From IMG/VR virus record IMGVR_UViG_2703718777_000015: 64,000 nt of DNA; one strand, written 5' to 3'. The DNA is from a virus (taxonomy: Duplodnaviria > Heunggongvirae > Uroviricota > Caudoviricetes). The translations under genes were made by a program, and so were the position numbers. This document shows positions 23,308-33,306 of the stretch, one piece after another (the first letter of the stretch is position 1; each line of letters starts with the position of its first letter). The notes under the pieces were generated by a model. That model was not told the origin of the DNA and did no database searches. It worked only from the letters and a program-made list of their open reading frames with translations.

Positions 23308-23961
23308 TTATAGATAATTTCCTTTTCCTGTTAATACTCCCTTAGGCACCTGTTTTTGTGCCAGCGTTTGGGTTCCGCGAATTATGTTAATCAGAGGGCT
23401 TAGTAACGATGGTTCCTGGCGTGCCTCAACTTCTCCAGCCATTGCCCTGATGTAGTCTGCGCTGGCAACGTTGTTGTATTCCGTCGCAAAGCAACATAGT
23501 AACGTCAGAACATGCTCTGTCGTTATTTCGCTCCAGTTGATGTTGAAAAATTCATCGCCTTTTTTGTCGTGTTCGGAATCGAAGATGCTTTGGTGGAGGA
23601 TGTATTTGCCGGATTCTTTGCGCGGTAACTTGATCGCTTTCTGGCGTTCCAATTCCTTGTAAATCTGCATTGCTTCAATCAGTACCGGCCTGCCGTTCAT
23701 AAAGGGATCTCGCAACCTTACACGCTGGCCAACTCGACCAGTAATAAAGCTGTTTTCCTCTTCCACCAGCACGATAAAACCCTTTTCCTCTTTTTCTCGC
23801 AATTCGCGCAGCAGCTGGAGTTCCATGTCGCGGCGGCGTTCAGGGTAGCTGGTCCGCTCAGCCATTATCAGCTCATTGTTGATCCATGCAGCAGTCATTG
23901 ACGCCGGTTTGCCGACGCTCATTGAAACAACGCATATTTTCTTATCCATAGCGCCCCACAA
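23308..23961 (-). CDS. Hypothetical protein; either Mat (maturation) homolog or partner of the SIR2-like gene
   Basis: 217-aa ORF between ref and the SIR2-like gene, same strand, backbone-like GC content. Confidence 0.4.
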   Translation of the reverse strand: MWGAMDKKICVVSMSVGKPASMTAAWINNELIMAERTSYPERRRDMELQLLRELREKEEKGFIVLVEEENSFITGRVGQRVRLRDPFMNGRPVLIEAMQIYKELERQKAIKLPRKESGKYILHQSIFDSEHDKKGDEFFNINWSEITTEHVLTLLCCFATEYNNVASADYIRAMAGEVEARQEPSLLSPLINIIRGTQTLAQKQVPKGVLTGKGNYL

Positions 23962-24136
23962 AAAAGAAAAGCCACCAGCGGCGGCTTAGCAATACAACTG
24001 AAGGTAGCGCCCGGTACTCAGACTGTGCCGTCCATGGAATATTTGAAAAGGGATCCATCCGTACCGGGCGTGTGATGATTCTGACTGAAGTCACTTGTCA
24101 GTTGTCAATTATTTCAGATTAAAAATAATATATTTA

Positions 24137-24697
24137 TTAGTGCATGATGTTTGCCATCTCATAGGCGTCAGCCAGCAACTCCATCTCTGACTTGTTAAGC
24201 AAGGTGAATTCTTTCTTGCCTCCAACCACACCATCGGCATGAACAGGGACCAGCCAAGGGTATTTTTCTCTTACTTCAGCCGGTGCTGCATGCTGGTGGT
24301 GCCATCTGCAAAGGGGCAATTGCTTTTTGTGACAACCCGGCGCGGTACGACCGGAGATATGGTGCAGAGACACCTCTTCAGATATTACTCCATGCATGTA
24401 GCAGGCAATGCAGGGGAGAGCGCCAAGAGCATTGGCGATGCGCCGTTCCTCCGCCGTTGGTGTTCTCCCCTTCAAGCCACGAGATTTTATTTTTACCGCG
24501 CTTTTCCGCGTTTTGCTGGCTGGTGGGCGCTCTTTCTGTTTAGCGATACGGCGGTCGATAGTATCCCGCATTTTCTGATATTGCGATTCTCGCCAGGCGG
24601 GGTCAGCCAACTTTTCCCGTTGCCGAGCGATCGCTCGTTCTCTGGCTGCCTTCTGCCACTCGCGGCGCTGTTCAATTTTTTGTTCGATTGTTTTCAT
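24137..24697 (-). CDS. ref: Ref recombination-enhancement HNH endonuclease
   Basis: Track ORF 24137..24802; start at Met36 gives 186 aa; C-terminal Cys/His HNH-type motif. Confidence 0.8.
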   Translation of the reverse strand: MKTIEQKIEQRREWQKAARERAIARQREKLADPAWRESQYQKMRDTIDRRIAKQKERPPASKTRKSAVKIKSRGLKGRTPTAEERRIANALGALPCIACYMHGVISEEVSLHHISGRTAPGCHKKQLPLCRWHHQHAAPAEVREKYPWLVPVHADGVVGGKKEFTLLNKSEMELLADAYEMANIMH

Positions 24698-24702
24698 ATG
24701 GC

Positions 24703-24728
24703 AAAAAAAAGGCGGCCTAATGGCCGCC
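24703..24728 (-). terminator. Intrinsic-terminator-like hairpin plus T8 immediately upstream of ref start codon
   Basis: GGCGGCC-ATTA-GGCCGCC followed by TTTTTTTT then GCCATATG (reconstructed from the ORF-track N-terminal extension AIRPPFFCHM). Confidence 0.5.
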
Positions 24729-24789
24729 AATGATGTCAAGGAGTGAAGTAATGGCAACGTCTTCGTAGTTGACAAAAACTGCGGCTCAA

Positions 24790-24812
24790 TTATAACAATC
24801 AATTAGAGCAAT
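24790..24812 (-). promoter_or_regulatory. C1 operator overlapping putative ref promoter
   Basis: ATTGCTCTAATTGATTG followed by TTATAAT on minus strand; approximate. Confidence 0.5.
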
Positions 24813-24943
24813 GGTAGATATTTTGTTTATCGCGAATCACATTTTTTCACTTCAGTACCTGTGTGCTATACTCCTTCTTGATTGATTGGATGCGGAATAC
24901 AACCCCGCTCTTTTGTGCAGCCTGGCTCCTTGCCAGGCTTTTT

Positions 24944-25255
24944 TTATTTCATCATGGAAGCTGTTAACGCTTTGGACCTTGCTGAACTGATTGAAAGGAC
25001 ATTGTTAACCTTACCCAAGAGTTCGCCAAACTCAGACATCACTTTAGCAAAACCGCGCCGTGCTTCTTCCTCGGTGGCATTCATCACGAAATGTTCAGCA
25101 CTACGCATACTTTTGACAGGAAACGCAACGGATATTGAGTCAATATCAGGCATTCTATCGTTCAGCTTTACAGTGACAATGACGGCTGGCGACTGAATAT
25201 TGGTGCTTACAGACAGCACTACATATTTTCCGTCGATGTTGAAATCCTTCCTCAT
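24944..25255 (-). CDS. cra: Cra-like small protein downstream of cre
   Basis: 103-aa ORF between cre and ref. Confidence 0.45.
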   Translation of the reverse strand: MRKDFNIDGKYVVLSVSTNIQSPAVIVTVKLNDRMPDIDSISVAFPVKSMRSAEHFVMNATEEEARRGFAKVMSEFGELLGKVNNVLSISSARSKALTASMMK

Positions 25256-25271
25256 ATGTCACCATAAATAT

Positions 25272-25288
25272 CAAAGAATTAGAGCAAT
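25272..25288 (-). promoter_or_regulatory. C1 operator-like site between cre and cra
   Basis: ATTGCTCTAATTCTTTG on minus strand; approximate. Confidence 0.4.
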
Positions 25289-25305
25289 CATTTACGCGTT
25301 AATGG

Positions 25306-26337
25306 CTAATCGCCATCTTCCAGCAGGCGCACCATTGCCCCTGTTTCACTATCCAGGTTACGGATATAGTTCATGACAATATTTACATTGGTCCAGCCAC
25401 CAGCTTGCATGATCTCCGGTATTGAAACTCCAGCGCGGGCCATATCTCGCGCGGCTCCGACACGGGCACTGTGTCCAGACCAGGCCAGGTATCTCTGGCC
25501 AGAGTCATCCTTAGCGCCGTAAATCAATCGATGAGTTGCTTCAAAAATCCCTTCCAGGGCGCGAGTTGATAGCTGGCTGGTGGCAGATGGCGCGGCAACA
25601 CCATTTTTTCTGACCCGGCAAAACAGGTAGTTATTCGGATCATCAGCTACACCAGAGACGGAAATCCATCGCTCGACCAGTTTAGTTACCCCCAGGCTAA
25701 GTGCCTTCTCTACACCTGCGGTGCTAACCAGCGTTTTCGTTCTGCCAATATGGATTAACATTCTCCCACCGTCAGTACGTGAGATATCTTTAACCCTGAT
25801 CCTGGCAATTTCGGCTATACGTAACAGGGTGTTATAAGCAATCCCCAGAAATGCCAGATTACGTATATCCTGGCAGCGATCGCTATTTTCCATAAGTGAA
25901 CGAACCTGGTCGAAATCAGTGCGTTCGAACGCTAGAGCCTGTTTTGCACGTTCACCGGCATCAACGTTTTCTTTTCGGATCCGCCGCATAACCAGTGAAA
26001 CAGCATTGCTGTCACTTGGTCGTGGCAGCCCGGACCGACGATGAAGCATGTTTAGCTGGCCCAAATGTTGCTGGATAGTTTTTACTGCCAGACCGCGCGC
26101 CTGAAGATATAGAAGATAATCGCGAACATCTTCAGTTTCTGCGGGAAACCATTTCCGGTTATTCAACTTGCACCATGCCGCCCACGACCGGCAAACGGAC
26201 AGAAGCATTTTCCAGGTATGCTCAGAAAACGCCTGGCGATCCCTGAACATGTCCATCAGGTTCTTGCGAACCTCATCACTCGTTGCATCGACCGGTAATG
26301 CAGGTAAATTTTGGTGTACGGTCAGTAAATTGGACAT
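25306..26337 (-). CDS. cre: Cre tyrosine recombinase
   Basis: 343-aa ORF matching Cre essentially throughout (MSNLLTVHQNLPALPVDATSDEVRKNLMDMFRDRQAFSEH...MVRLLEDGD). Confidence 0.97.
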   Translation of the reverse strand: MSNLLTVHQNLPALPVDATSDEVRKNLMDMFRDRQAFSEHTWKMLLSVCRSWAAWCKLNNRKWFPAETEDVRDYLLYLQARGLAVKTIQQHLGQLNMLHRRSGLPRPSDSNAVSLVMRRIRKENVDAGERAKQALAFERTDFDQVRSLMENSDRCQDIRNLAFLGIAYNTLLRIAEIARIRVKDISRTDGGRMLIHIGRTKTLVSTAGVEKALSLGVTKLVERWISVSGVADDPNNYLFCRVRKNGVAAPSATSQLSTRALEGIFEATHRLIYGAKDDSGQRYLAWSGHSARVGAARDMARAGVSIPEIMQAGGWTNVNIVMNYIRNLDSETGAMVRLLEDGD

Positions 26338-26755
26338 TTAACACTCAGATAATGGTTTTAAGTAAAGTGTACAGGATCGGCTCTGCCTTTACCTGTTTAT
26401 GGTTCTCGTCATAGAAACGCCAGCGACCGCGCGTGCGTTCTATTTTCTCTTCACCGCGCGATAATGACAGTTGACAACTATCACGATCAAACCCTTTTTC
26501 CCGCCAGTAACCACGGTTTTTCTCAAGCTCAAGATGAGTGGACACTTTAGCAGCTGAATATCCCATTTTTCACCTCTGATTGATTGGTGGTGCTAAGTGC
26601 GCTACGCGAAATCTGGAGCACTAACACTGCCAACATTTCGCAGATTTTACGTAGCGCAACCTTGATCAAATGATCAAGTGATCACTATTTGACCTGATAA
26701 GGTATTGAACTGTATGGATTTACAGGTAAATTGATCATGTTCAATAACCCTTAAG

Positions 26756-26789
26756 ATAACTTCGTATAATGTATGCTATACGAAGTTAT
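26756..26789. other. loxP site
   Basis: Exact ATAACTTCGTATA-ATGTATGC-TATACGAAGTTAT about 420 bp upstream of cre; coordinates approximate to a few bp. Confidence 0.93.
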
Positions 26790-26909
26790 TAGGTCCGAAG
26801 AGGAGTTTACGTCCAGCTGCGCATAAAAATCAAGAAATATTAGAGCAATAAATTTTGAGAGAAAAATCCCACTCCACCAGCCAAAAACTGGATTGTTTTT
26901 CATAGTTGT

Positions 26910-26936
26910 TTGACAATTGCTCTAATAAATTATAGT
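26910..26936 (+). promoter_or_regulatory. C1-operator-overlapped promoter directed toward coi/c1
   Basis: TTGACA then ATTGCTCTAATAAATTA then TATAGT; approximate. Confidence 0.5.
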
Positions 26937-27170
26937 TTTGCCGCCGTTTCGTAATACGACTTTGGATTCACTATTTAATGTGTCTTCAGCGTTGTAGAGC
27001 GGCTCAGAAGGAAATGAGCAAACAGGGAAACCTTATACAACGGCATTACAGCTATGCATTGCTCATCTTACACACAGCGCAATGTTGTTAGATTACCCCA
27101 GCATGGATCATGGGTGAAACAGTAGGTCAGAGCTTCAGGCTCTGTGTTGTCAATACAGTGAGGCATAATT

Positions 27171-27380
27171 ATGGCTTTCATTCCACCAACCATCGACGAC
27201 GTTAGACATTGCTCTAACGCTTTATCTGTAGACCCCGCCGAAACCGACGCTGCCCGCGCCATTGCTGAACACTACTCAAAGATATCCAATCAGGAGTACC
27301 GCATCACCCAAGACGACCTGGATGATCTCACTGACACAATCGAATATCTCATGGCCACTAACCAGCCAGACTCACAATAA
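27171..27380 (+). CDS. coi: Coi, C1 inactivator
   Basis: 69-aa ORF directly upstream of c1. Confidence 0.8.
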   Translation: MAFIPPTIDDVRHCSNALSVDPAETDAARAIAEHYSKISNQEYRITQDDLDDLTDTIEYLMATNQPDSQ

Positions 27381-27396
27381 ATGCACTAATAAATCT
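27380..27396 (+). promoter_or_regulatory. C1 operator variant (AATGCACTAATAAATCT)
   Basis: Operator-like 17-mer between coi and c1; approximate. Confidence 0.4.
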
Positions 27397-27490
27397 ATTA
27401 TTTTCGTTGGATCCTTCTATAATGGTGGCCAACAACTCCCAGTGTAATCCGCTGTGAGTTGTTGGCCATGTCAATTCTGGAGGAGGATCA

Positions 27491-28342
27491 ATGATAAATT
27501 ATGTCTACGGCGAACAACTGTACCAGGAGTTCGTCAGCTTCAGGGATCTCTTTCTAAAAAAAGCTGTTGCACGCGCCCAACACGTTGATGCCGCCAGCGA
27601 CGGTCGTCCTGTTCGCCCGGTTGTCGTTCTGCCGTTCAAAGAAACGGACAGCATTCAGGCTGAAATTGATAAATGGACTTTAATGGCGCGGGAACTGGAA
27701 CAGTACCCAGACCTCAATATCCCAAAGACTATTTTATATCCAGTGCCTAACATCCTTCGCGGTGTGCGTAAGGTTACAACTTATCAGACAGAAGCTGTGA
27801 ACAGCGTCAACATGACCGCTGGCCGCATTATTCATCTGATTGATAAGGACATTCGCATCCAGAAAAGCGCGGGGATCAATGAGCACAGTGCGAAATACAT
27901 AGAGAACCTGGAAGCAACAAAAGAGCTAATGAAGCAGTACCCGGAGGATGAAAAATTCCGTATGCGTGTACACGGCTTTAGCGAAACAATGCTGCGCGTC
28001 CATTACATTTCCAGTAGCCCTAACTACAATGATGGTAAATCAGTTAGTTACCATGTGCCGCTGTGTGGTGTGTTTATCTGCGATGAAACTCTCCGTGATG
28101 GAATCATCATCAACGGTGAATTCGAGAAAGCAAAATTTAGCCTTTATGACTCTATAGAACCGATCATCTGCGACCGCTGGCCGCAGGCAAAAATATATCG
28201 CCTGGCAGATATTGAAAATGTAAAAAAACAAATTGCCATCACTCGCGAAGAGAAAAAGGTCAAATCAGCCGCATCAGTTACGCGCAGCCGTAAAACTAAG
28301 AAGGGGCAGCCAGTAAACGACAACCCCGAAAGCGCGCAATAG
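27491..28342 (+). CDS. c1: C1 immunity repressor
   Basis: 283-aa ORF MINYVYGEQLYQEFVSFRDLF... matching P1 C1. Confidence 0.95.
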   Translation: MINYVYGEQLYQEFVSFRDLFLKKAVARAQHVDAASDGRPVRPVVVLPFKETDSIQAEIDKWTLMARELEQYPDLNIPKTILYPVPNILRGVRKVTTYQTEAVNSVNMTAGRIIHLIDKDIRIQKSAGINEHSAKYIENLEATKELMKQYPEDEKFRMRVHGFSETMLRVHYISSSPNYNDGKSVSYHVPLCGVFICDETLRDGIIINGEFEKAKFSLYDSIEPIICDRWPQAKIYRLADIENVKKQIAITREEKKVKSAASVTRSRKTKKGQPVNDNPESAQ

Positions 28343-28366
28343 TTTCTATCCGGCATGGTCAATGAG

Positions 28367-29851
28367 TTATTCATTAAGCCATGCCAGAGCTTCATCAACC
28401 TGCGCTTCGTCTTCGACGCTAAGCACTTCATCCTGGGGAACATAATCCGCCAGCATAGCGAAACAATATGTATCCCAATGGTCTGGTGAGTGCAGGTTGA
28501 GTTTTTTCTTCATATCCTCCTTACTCATCACCTTCCATTGACCTGCGGAGTTAATCCCTACAGGGATTTTCGACGCTTCCTCAATAGTTTCATTACCCTT
28601 ATCCAGTCTCATACGACCAGATTTTACGGCCTCTGCGGCTTGAACGTTGGCATAAGCACGTTTATCAAAGTACAGGCTCTTATCTTCACGGCTATGCATC
28701 TTTTTACCCCAGCGTATACGCTGTACGGTAATACCATAATACTCGTACATCAGATCCGCCGTTGCTTTACCCAGGCCATCGCCGTCTATCGCTATGGTGA
28801 TATTTGGGAATCGCTCAGGATTGCATTCTGCGAAAATTTTGGCGGCAAGCTGCGTTTCTGTAACGTCTGTGTATTCCAGCATTCGATAGTTGATTACACG
28901 GCGTTTATTTCGCTGGCCGGACACCATCATGATATTGATAACGGACTTATCCCGTCCCGTACCACCAGCAACGTCCACACATGCAAGCCAGCCCCATCCT
29001 TTGGCAATCTTGACTTTCCGCCGCGTTGCACGTTCAACCTCATCACGTCCAAGAAGGAAGCCATCCTGTGATTTAGGGAATAGGCCGCGTACCTTAATCA
29101 TGTACATAGGGTTATCACGCCCGCCGTACTCCGCCAGCTTCATTTTGATAAATGCTGGCGTTACCAGCGGTGATTCCTCACTGTTAAGCGTGATCGCCGT
29201 ATAAACGCCATCAGGGTTACCAGGACGCTTGGCCAGTTTATGGTGTGTATCGTAGAAATAGCCGCTTGGGCGTGTAGGCTGTGACAGTAATAAGATGCGG
29301 TTATCCTGTCCGGTAAGAGCACCGGTGATGATACCGAAAGCTCTATCACTGACACCGGAGGCTTCATCGATAATATACAGAAGATGATCTGCGTGTTCAC
29401 CGGCGAGAGCTTCTTCACTTCCCAGACGAAAGCCCTTCGGTACTACAGTCCATACACCTTTACCAGTAACCTCATAGAAAGCGGTTTCTGTCAGAACAAA
29501 ATAATCAGCAAGCCATGGGAAACGGCTGGTGGCAGTAGCCCAGTTTATCTTGATGTACTTGAATATACCGGTCATTACCTGCTGAATTTTGTTCGCAACG
29601 ATAATGGCGCGGGCACCGGGATACATGATTATGAACAACATGATCATGATAGAAGTCATGTCTGATTTCCCGGTACCGTGACCAGACGAAACAGATGTCT
29701 TGCTACCCTGTTCCTGCACAGACTCAATAATCAGATCCTGCTGCCAGGTAGGTGTTTTGCCGAACAAAACATCAGCGGCAGCAATCCAGTCATAACGATA
29801 TAGCGCCACCAGCTCGCGCCAACGTGGATCCGTTACGCAACTTCTGGCCAT
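28367..29851 (-). CDS. pacB: Terminase large subunit PacB
   Basis: 494-aa ORF with terminase ATPase motifs and C-terminal nuclease region, downstream of pacA. Confidence 0.9.
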   Translation of the reverse strand: MARSCVTDPRWRELVALYRYDWIAAADVLFGKTPTWQQDLIIESVQEQGSKTSVSSGHGTGKSDMTSIMIMLFIIMYPGARAIIVANKIQQVMTGIFKYIKINWATATSRFPWLADYFVLTETAFYEVTGKGVWTVVPKGFRLGSEEALAGEHADHLLYIIDEASGVSDRAFGIITGALTGQDNRILLLSQPTRPSGYFYDTHHKLAKRPGNPDGVYTAITLNSEESPLVTPAFIKMKLAEYGGRDNPMYMIKVRGLFPKSQDGFLLGRDEVERATRRKVKIAKGWGWLACVDVAGGTGRDKSVINIMMVSGQRNKRRVINYRMLEYTDVTETQLAAKIFAECNPERFPNITIAIDGDGLGKATADLMYEYYGITVQRIRWGKKMHSREDKSLYFDKRAYANVQAAEAVKSGRMRLDKGNETIEEASKIPVGINSAGQWKVMSKEDMKKKLNLHSPDHWDTYCFAMLADYVPQDEVLSVEDEAQVDEALAWLNE

Positions 29852-31044
29852 TAATCATCATCCCCGTATAGCTTGCGGGTAACTTCTTCGTCTTCCTCCT
29901 CGTCTTCGTCCAGGTCTTGTTCCAGCCATGGGTCGTTTGATACACCTTCAGTATCAACATCTCCATAACCGCCTGTATCAACGATATCGGCGATTTCTTC
30001 CCTACGCTGCTCAATCCACAATGCGGCATCGGCGCGGCGGTTGGCGGCCCGTTCTCGCGCAACTTTGTCCAGATCTTCAAGAGAAGGGCCACCGACGGCT
30101 GTTTGCCTTTCCTCATCATCGGTATTGGTCTTCGGAGCACGCAGATCGGCTTTGATTTGCTCCAGCATCAGGGGCGGCACTTTCCCGCCATGCGCCTCGA
30201 TGAATTCAGCTGCTTCCAGCACTGACCAGTTATTTTCACGCTTTCGTTCGTATGCCAGCTTAACAATGCCAGCTTGCCCCATAGACAAAGCGTGCTTTTC
30301 CGCCTCCCGGCTTTCTTTTCGATAGTTATTCCGGATGCTGTAAATGGTGTTGATCAGGCTGCTTATCTGCGCGGAACAGCTGTTTAGCATGCTCGCGATA
30401 CGGTATTCAGGCGGAGTACCTTCATCATCGTCCTTTTGCTGATCGCGCATTTCCTGCACCAGGCGAATACACGTATCCCTGGCGTTCTCCAGCATAAGGA
30501 GATGAGAAAGAGACTTTTCAAGAAGAGTGGTTTCCAGAACATCGGCCCCGGACCGACGCAACATAGCGCGCGCGGCCTTCCGCGCTTCAACGTTATCTAT
30601 CAGGTAATCGCCAGCTTCGAATTCAAAGCGTTCACCATCATCATCCAGGGTGTCGCGTTCCAGGCGATCACGTAAGGTCCGGTGGGCGCGGGTGATCACG
30701 TCATGATCATCTGAACGATCATTTATGCGCTTATTTTGGCGCTTCGCATTCTCGACTGCGGCACTGACAACGGCATTAACTCTCTGTTTTTCCGCTATTT
30801 CAGCCGCAATATGATCACCTGCATGTTGATCATTAGAGTGATCAATGATCATGCTTTTTAGTGGCTTCCTGACTGGCTTATTTGGCTTGCGGCTGTCCGC
30901 AGTCCTGGTGTCTTCTTTGAAGGCACGGAGATAACGACGTGCGGTATTAGGGTTAAGATTAAACTCGGCGGCATACTGTGCGATGGTGTAACCACCATCT
31001 CGCGCCAGGCGAGCAAAATTCTTTTTGTGATCGTCCCAGGTCAC
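29851..31044 (-). CDS. pacA: Terminase small subunit / pac-recognition protein PacA
   Basis: 397-aa ORF with HTH N-terminus and acidic C-terminus; contains the pac hexamer clusters. Confidence 0.9.
   Translation of the reverse strand: MTWDDHKKNFARLARDGGYTIAQYAAEFNLNPNTARRYLRAFKEDTRTADSRKPNKPVRKPLKSMIIDHSNDQHAGDHIAAEIAEKQRVNAVVSAAVENAKRQNKRINDRSDDHDVITRAHRTLRDRLERDTLDDDGERFEFEAGDYLIDNVEARKAARAMLRRSGADVLETTLLEKSLSHLLMLENARDTCIRLVQEMRDQQKDDDEGTPPEYRIASMLNSCSAQISSLINTIYSIRNNYRKESREAEKHALSMGQAGIVKLAYERKRENNWSVLEAAEFIEAHGGKVPPLMLEQIKADLRAPKTNTDDEERQTAVGGPSLEDLDKVARERAANRRADAALWIEQRREEIADIVDTGGYGDVDTEGVSNDPWLEQDLDEDEEEDEEVTRKLYGDDD
30660..30855. other. pac packaging site (two clusters of TGATCA/GATC hexamers)
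   Basis: Four GATC-containing hexamers at about 30666-30720 and four at about 30813-30850 inside pacA; approximate. Confidence 0.6.
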
Positions 31045-31129
31045 TTATGCTTCCTTTCGTAAAAACTCTTTTTGACGCGAGGGTAACGAAAGTCACATGT
31101 CAAAAGGCCCGGAACGGGCAAGCAATCAA

Positions 31130-31582
31130 TCAGATACGTGCGGATGTGGCATTACCGTAATGACGGTGCTGACGGGCCACCTTATTGAAAAGTTGACGCG
31201 CCATTACCCAAGGCTGGTGCTCCCGGCGTTCCTTTTCGTCCTGCGTCATATAGAGTTCGTTCTGGAGTTTTTCATCAAACCGGCGCGGAGCGCGGCTACG
31301 GCGAAAGAATTCAGGATTCAGAGAGTGGATCTGAAATCTACGTGGGCGTGTACTGTCATCAATCAAAACAGACGAATACTTAGACACAGCGATAGCCTTT
31401 AAGCGCAGATAAACATCGCGCTTATCGACATCCAGATGCGGGTATTCCTTTTCAAGAATTGCTGCGAGTTCTTTCGCTGATAGAAGAGATTTAGTGCGGA
31501 TCATGTAATCCGCAATCTCGTACGATGTTATTCGTGAGTGTTTTATTTCCATGAAGTGGCGTCCCTGCCAGTTAAGTAACAT
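31130..31582 (-). CDS. lpa: Late promoter activator Lpa
   Basis: 150-aa ORF between pacA and pdcB with operator upstream. Confidence 0.6.
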   Translation of the reverse strand: MLLNWQGRHFMEIKHSRITSYEIADYMIRTKSLLSAKELAAILEKEYPHLDVDKRDVYLRLKAIAVSKYSSVLIDDSTRPRRFQIHSLNPEFFRRSRAPRRFDEKLQNELYMTQDEKERREHQPWVMARQLFNKVARQHRHYGNATSARI

Positions 31583-31651
31583 CCTGTCACCTACTGATTA
31601 GCCCATGTCAACTAATCAACGTGGAATATAATACCATCGATTAAAGAAATA

Positions 31652-31668
31652 GCAATACATTAGAGCAA
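31652..31668 (-). promoter_or_regulatory. C1 operator upstream of lpa
   Basis: ATTGCTCTAATGTATTG on minus strand; approximate. Confidence 0.5.
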
Positions 31669-31670
31669 TT

Positions 31671-32714
31671 TTATCTAACACTCGACGAGTGACTTGTGAT
31701 AGCGCCGACTCCAAGCGCGTAATCAAAGAACAATCGTTGATGCATCGCCAGCCTACCGTGCGTCTTCTCCCAATTATCGCGGTCACGCTCAATATCACGC
31801 TGGCATGACTGGCACAGAGGAATTGCGTAAATGTCATGCGCGCATAATCGACTATGACGAACGATATAAGGCGTAATGTGAGCGCCAGCTCCCGCCGCTC
31901 CACACCCACAGCATGGACGGGAAGCAACAAAGTCCATGTACTCAGGTAATTTTAGCGATTGCAGTTTTGGTATTTTGAAATGCGCCATGCCAGGGTCGGA
32001 GTCAACATCCACAGAGCATACTTTTGCACGCATCGGCGCGGCGCGTTCTTCCATCATCTGAACATATGCTGTAGCGCGATCGTCATACGGGCGAATATCC
32101 GCCTCTTTCAGAGGTCCGCTATCCTGCGTTGCGGCTTTCATCTTATTTATTGATATACGGCAAACTTCTTCCGGCATCAGGTGCATCATGTTGCGCATGA
32201 AAGCCCACCAGCACAGTTCCTGAATACTTAAATCATGGCCATCTGAAAGCCCCATTTCCTGACGGGCGACATCCAGTATCCAGTTAACGCGATTATTATG
32301 CAGCGTTTCTTTCAGCTCATTAAAACCACGCATCCGGTAATGGTTATCGTGATGCCAGCACAACAACACCGCGCTATTGTCTCGTTCAGCGTGGACAATA
32401 TGGTTGTCACACCAACTACGATCTGCGGCCTGGCATTGACCCTCTTTCCTACGCAACCACGCCACCAGCGCGTCAATTCCACCAATACGGCGAAACAGTT
32501 CATCGCTGTTAAAAAACGGCTGCAACGCCTCATTTGTTGCCATAGTTTGCTCGGAAACAACGAGGCCGTCGTCCATGTGCTCGATTAACTCACGCGGCAC
32601 CGGCTCCATAATAAATTTACGGCCAGCCTCCACCAGCTTTCTGACTTCCTGATCCACTTTGAATGTGGCGACGCCAAGCTCTTTTTGTACAAAGGGAGTA
32701 ATTACGGCTTTCAC
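31671..32714 (-). CDS. pdcB: PdcB-like protein (post-doc region)
   Basis: 347-aa ORF downstream of doc. Confidence 0.45.
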   Translation of the reverse strand: MKAVITPFVQKELGVATFKVDQEVRKLVEAGRKFIMEPVPRELIEHMDDGLVVSEQTMATNEALQPFFNSDELFRRIGGIDALVAWLRRKEGQCQAADRSWCDNHIVHAERDNSAVLLCWHHDNHYRMRGFNELKETLHNNRVNWILDVARQEMGLSDGHDLSIQELCWWAFMRNMMHLMPEEVCRISINKMKAATQDSGPLKEADIRPYDDRATAYVQMMEERAAPMRAKVCSVDVDSDPGMAHFKIPKLQSLKLPEYMDFVASRPCCGCGAAGAGAHITPYIVRHSRLCAHDIYAIPLCQSCQRDIERDRDNWEKTHGRLAMHQRLFFDYALGVGAITSHSSSVR

Positions 32715-32741
32715 ATCACACCTTTCATCACTGATTGGGCT

Positions 32742-32942
32742 TTATCTGCTGCCCGGCATTCTCTGTTTAAGCACAACCATTTCCTGACGGCATAACACAG
32801 CAATAGCGGTCCTGGCACCAATTTGCTTACCAACCAGGTATTGCTTTACCTCGCGGCGACTCACGCCATCAAGAAGCATCTTTAACGCTCTACGGGACAA
32901 TTTGTTGTATTTACGTGCCATTGATCTACTCCGCAGAACCAT
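32742..32942 (-). CDS. Small basic protein downstream of doc (pdcA-like)
   Basis: 66-aa ORF overlapping doc stop. Confidence 0.3.
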   Translation of the reverse strand: MVLRSRSMARKYNKLSRRALKMLLDGVSRREVKQYLVGKQIGARTAIAVLCRQEMVVLKQRMPGSR

Positions 32943-33306
32943 ACAATCTACGTAACGTGGCGGCGACAGTAGATACAGATATCTCTCCGGTCGCAGCCCC
33001 TACGGTAAGGTCTACCAGTTCAGGGGAGTCAAATACCTGCACCCCGTTACGGCGTAGAAATAACAGCGCACTGTTTAGCGCGGTACGCTTATTGGCATCA
33101 TTGAATATATGCCCTCTCGCTGTAGCCACCAGGTAGGTGGCGGAGACTTCGAAAAGGTCGGTGATCTCTTCGTAGGCAACTCTGGCCTGAACTCTCCCGA
33201 TAATGGCCTCTGCCCTACCCGGATCTGACATTCCCGGCAGGCCGCCGTAGCGGTTTATATTCGCATCATGAAGCGCAATAAGTTCTTCCGGTGATATATG
33301 CCTCAT
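32926..33306 (-). CDS. doc: Doc toxin (Fic-fold kinase) of phd-doc addiction module
   Basis: 126-aa [28 protein letters not shown]... matching P1 Doc. Confidence 0.95.
   Translation of the reverse strand: MRHISPEELIALHDANINRYGGLPGMSDPGRAEAIIGRVQARVAYEEITDLFEVSATYLVATARGHIFNDANKRTALNSALLFLRRNGVQVFDSPELVDLTVGAATGEISVSTVAATLRRLYGSAE

Noticed and set aside
21905-24137. Type III restriction-modification (res/mod) genes expected at this position in P1
   Set aside because: No long ORFs with helicase/endonuclease or DPPY methyltransferase motifs here; the only DPPY-containing gene in the window is dmt at 58458..60476.
26345-26566. 73-aa ORF upstream of cre
   Set aside because: Lies in the cre promoter/Dam-site region between cre and loxP, unconvincing composition; probably not a gene.
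25306-26789. Cre/loxP as an integration module
   Set aside because: In P1-type elements Cre-loxP resolves plasmid dimers and cyclises the genome; no attachment-site or integrase signature seen, so this is not treated as a chromosomal integration cassette.
29384-30675. ORFs on the plus strand inside pacA/pacB
   Set aside because: Fully overlapped by the long, well-supported terminase genes on the minus strand.
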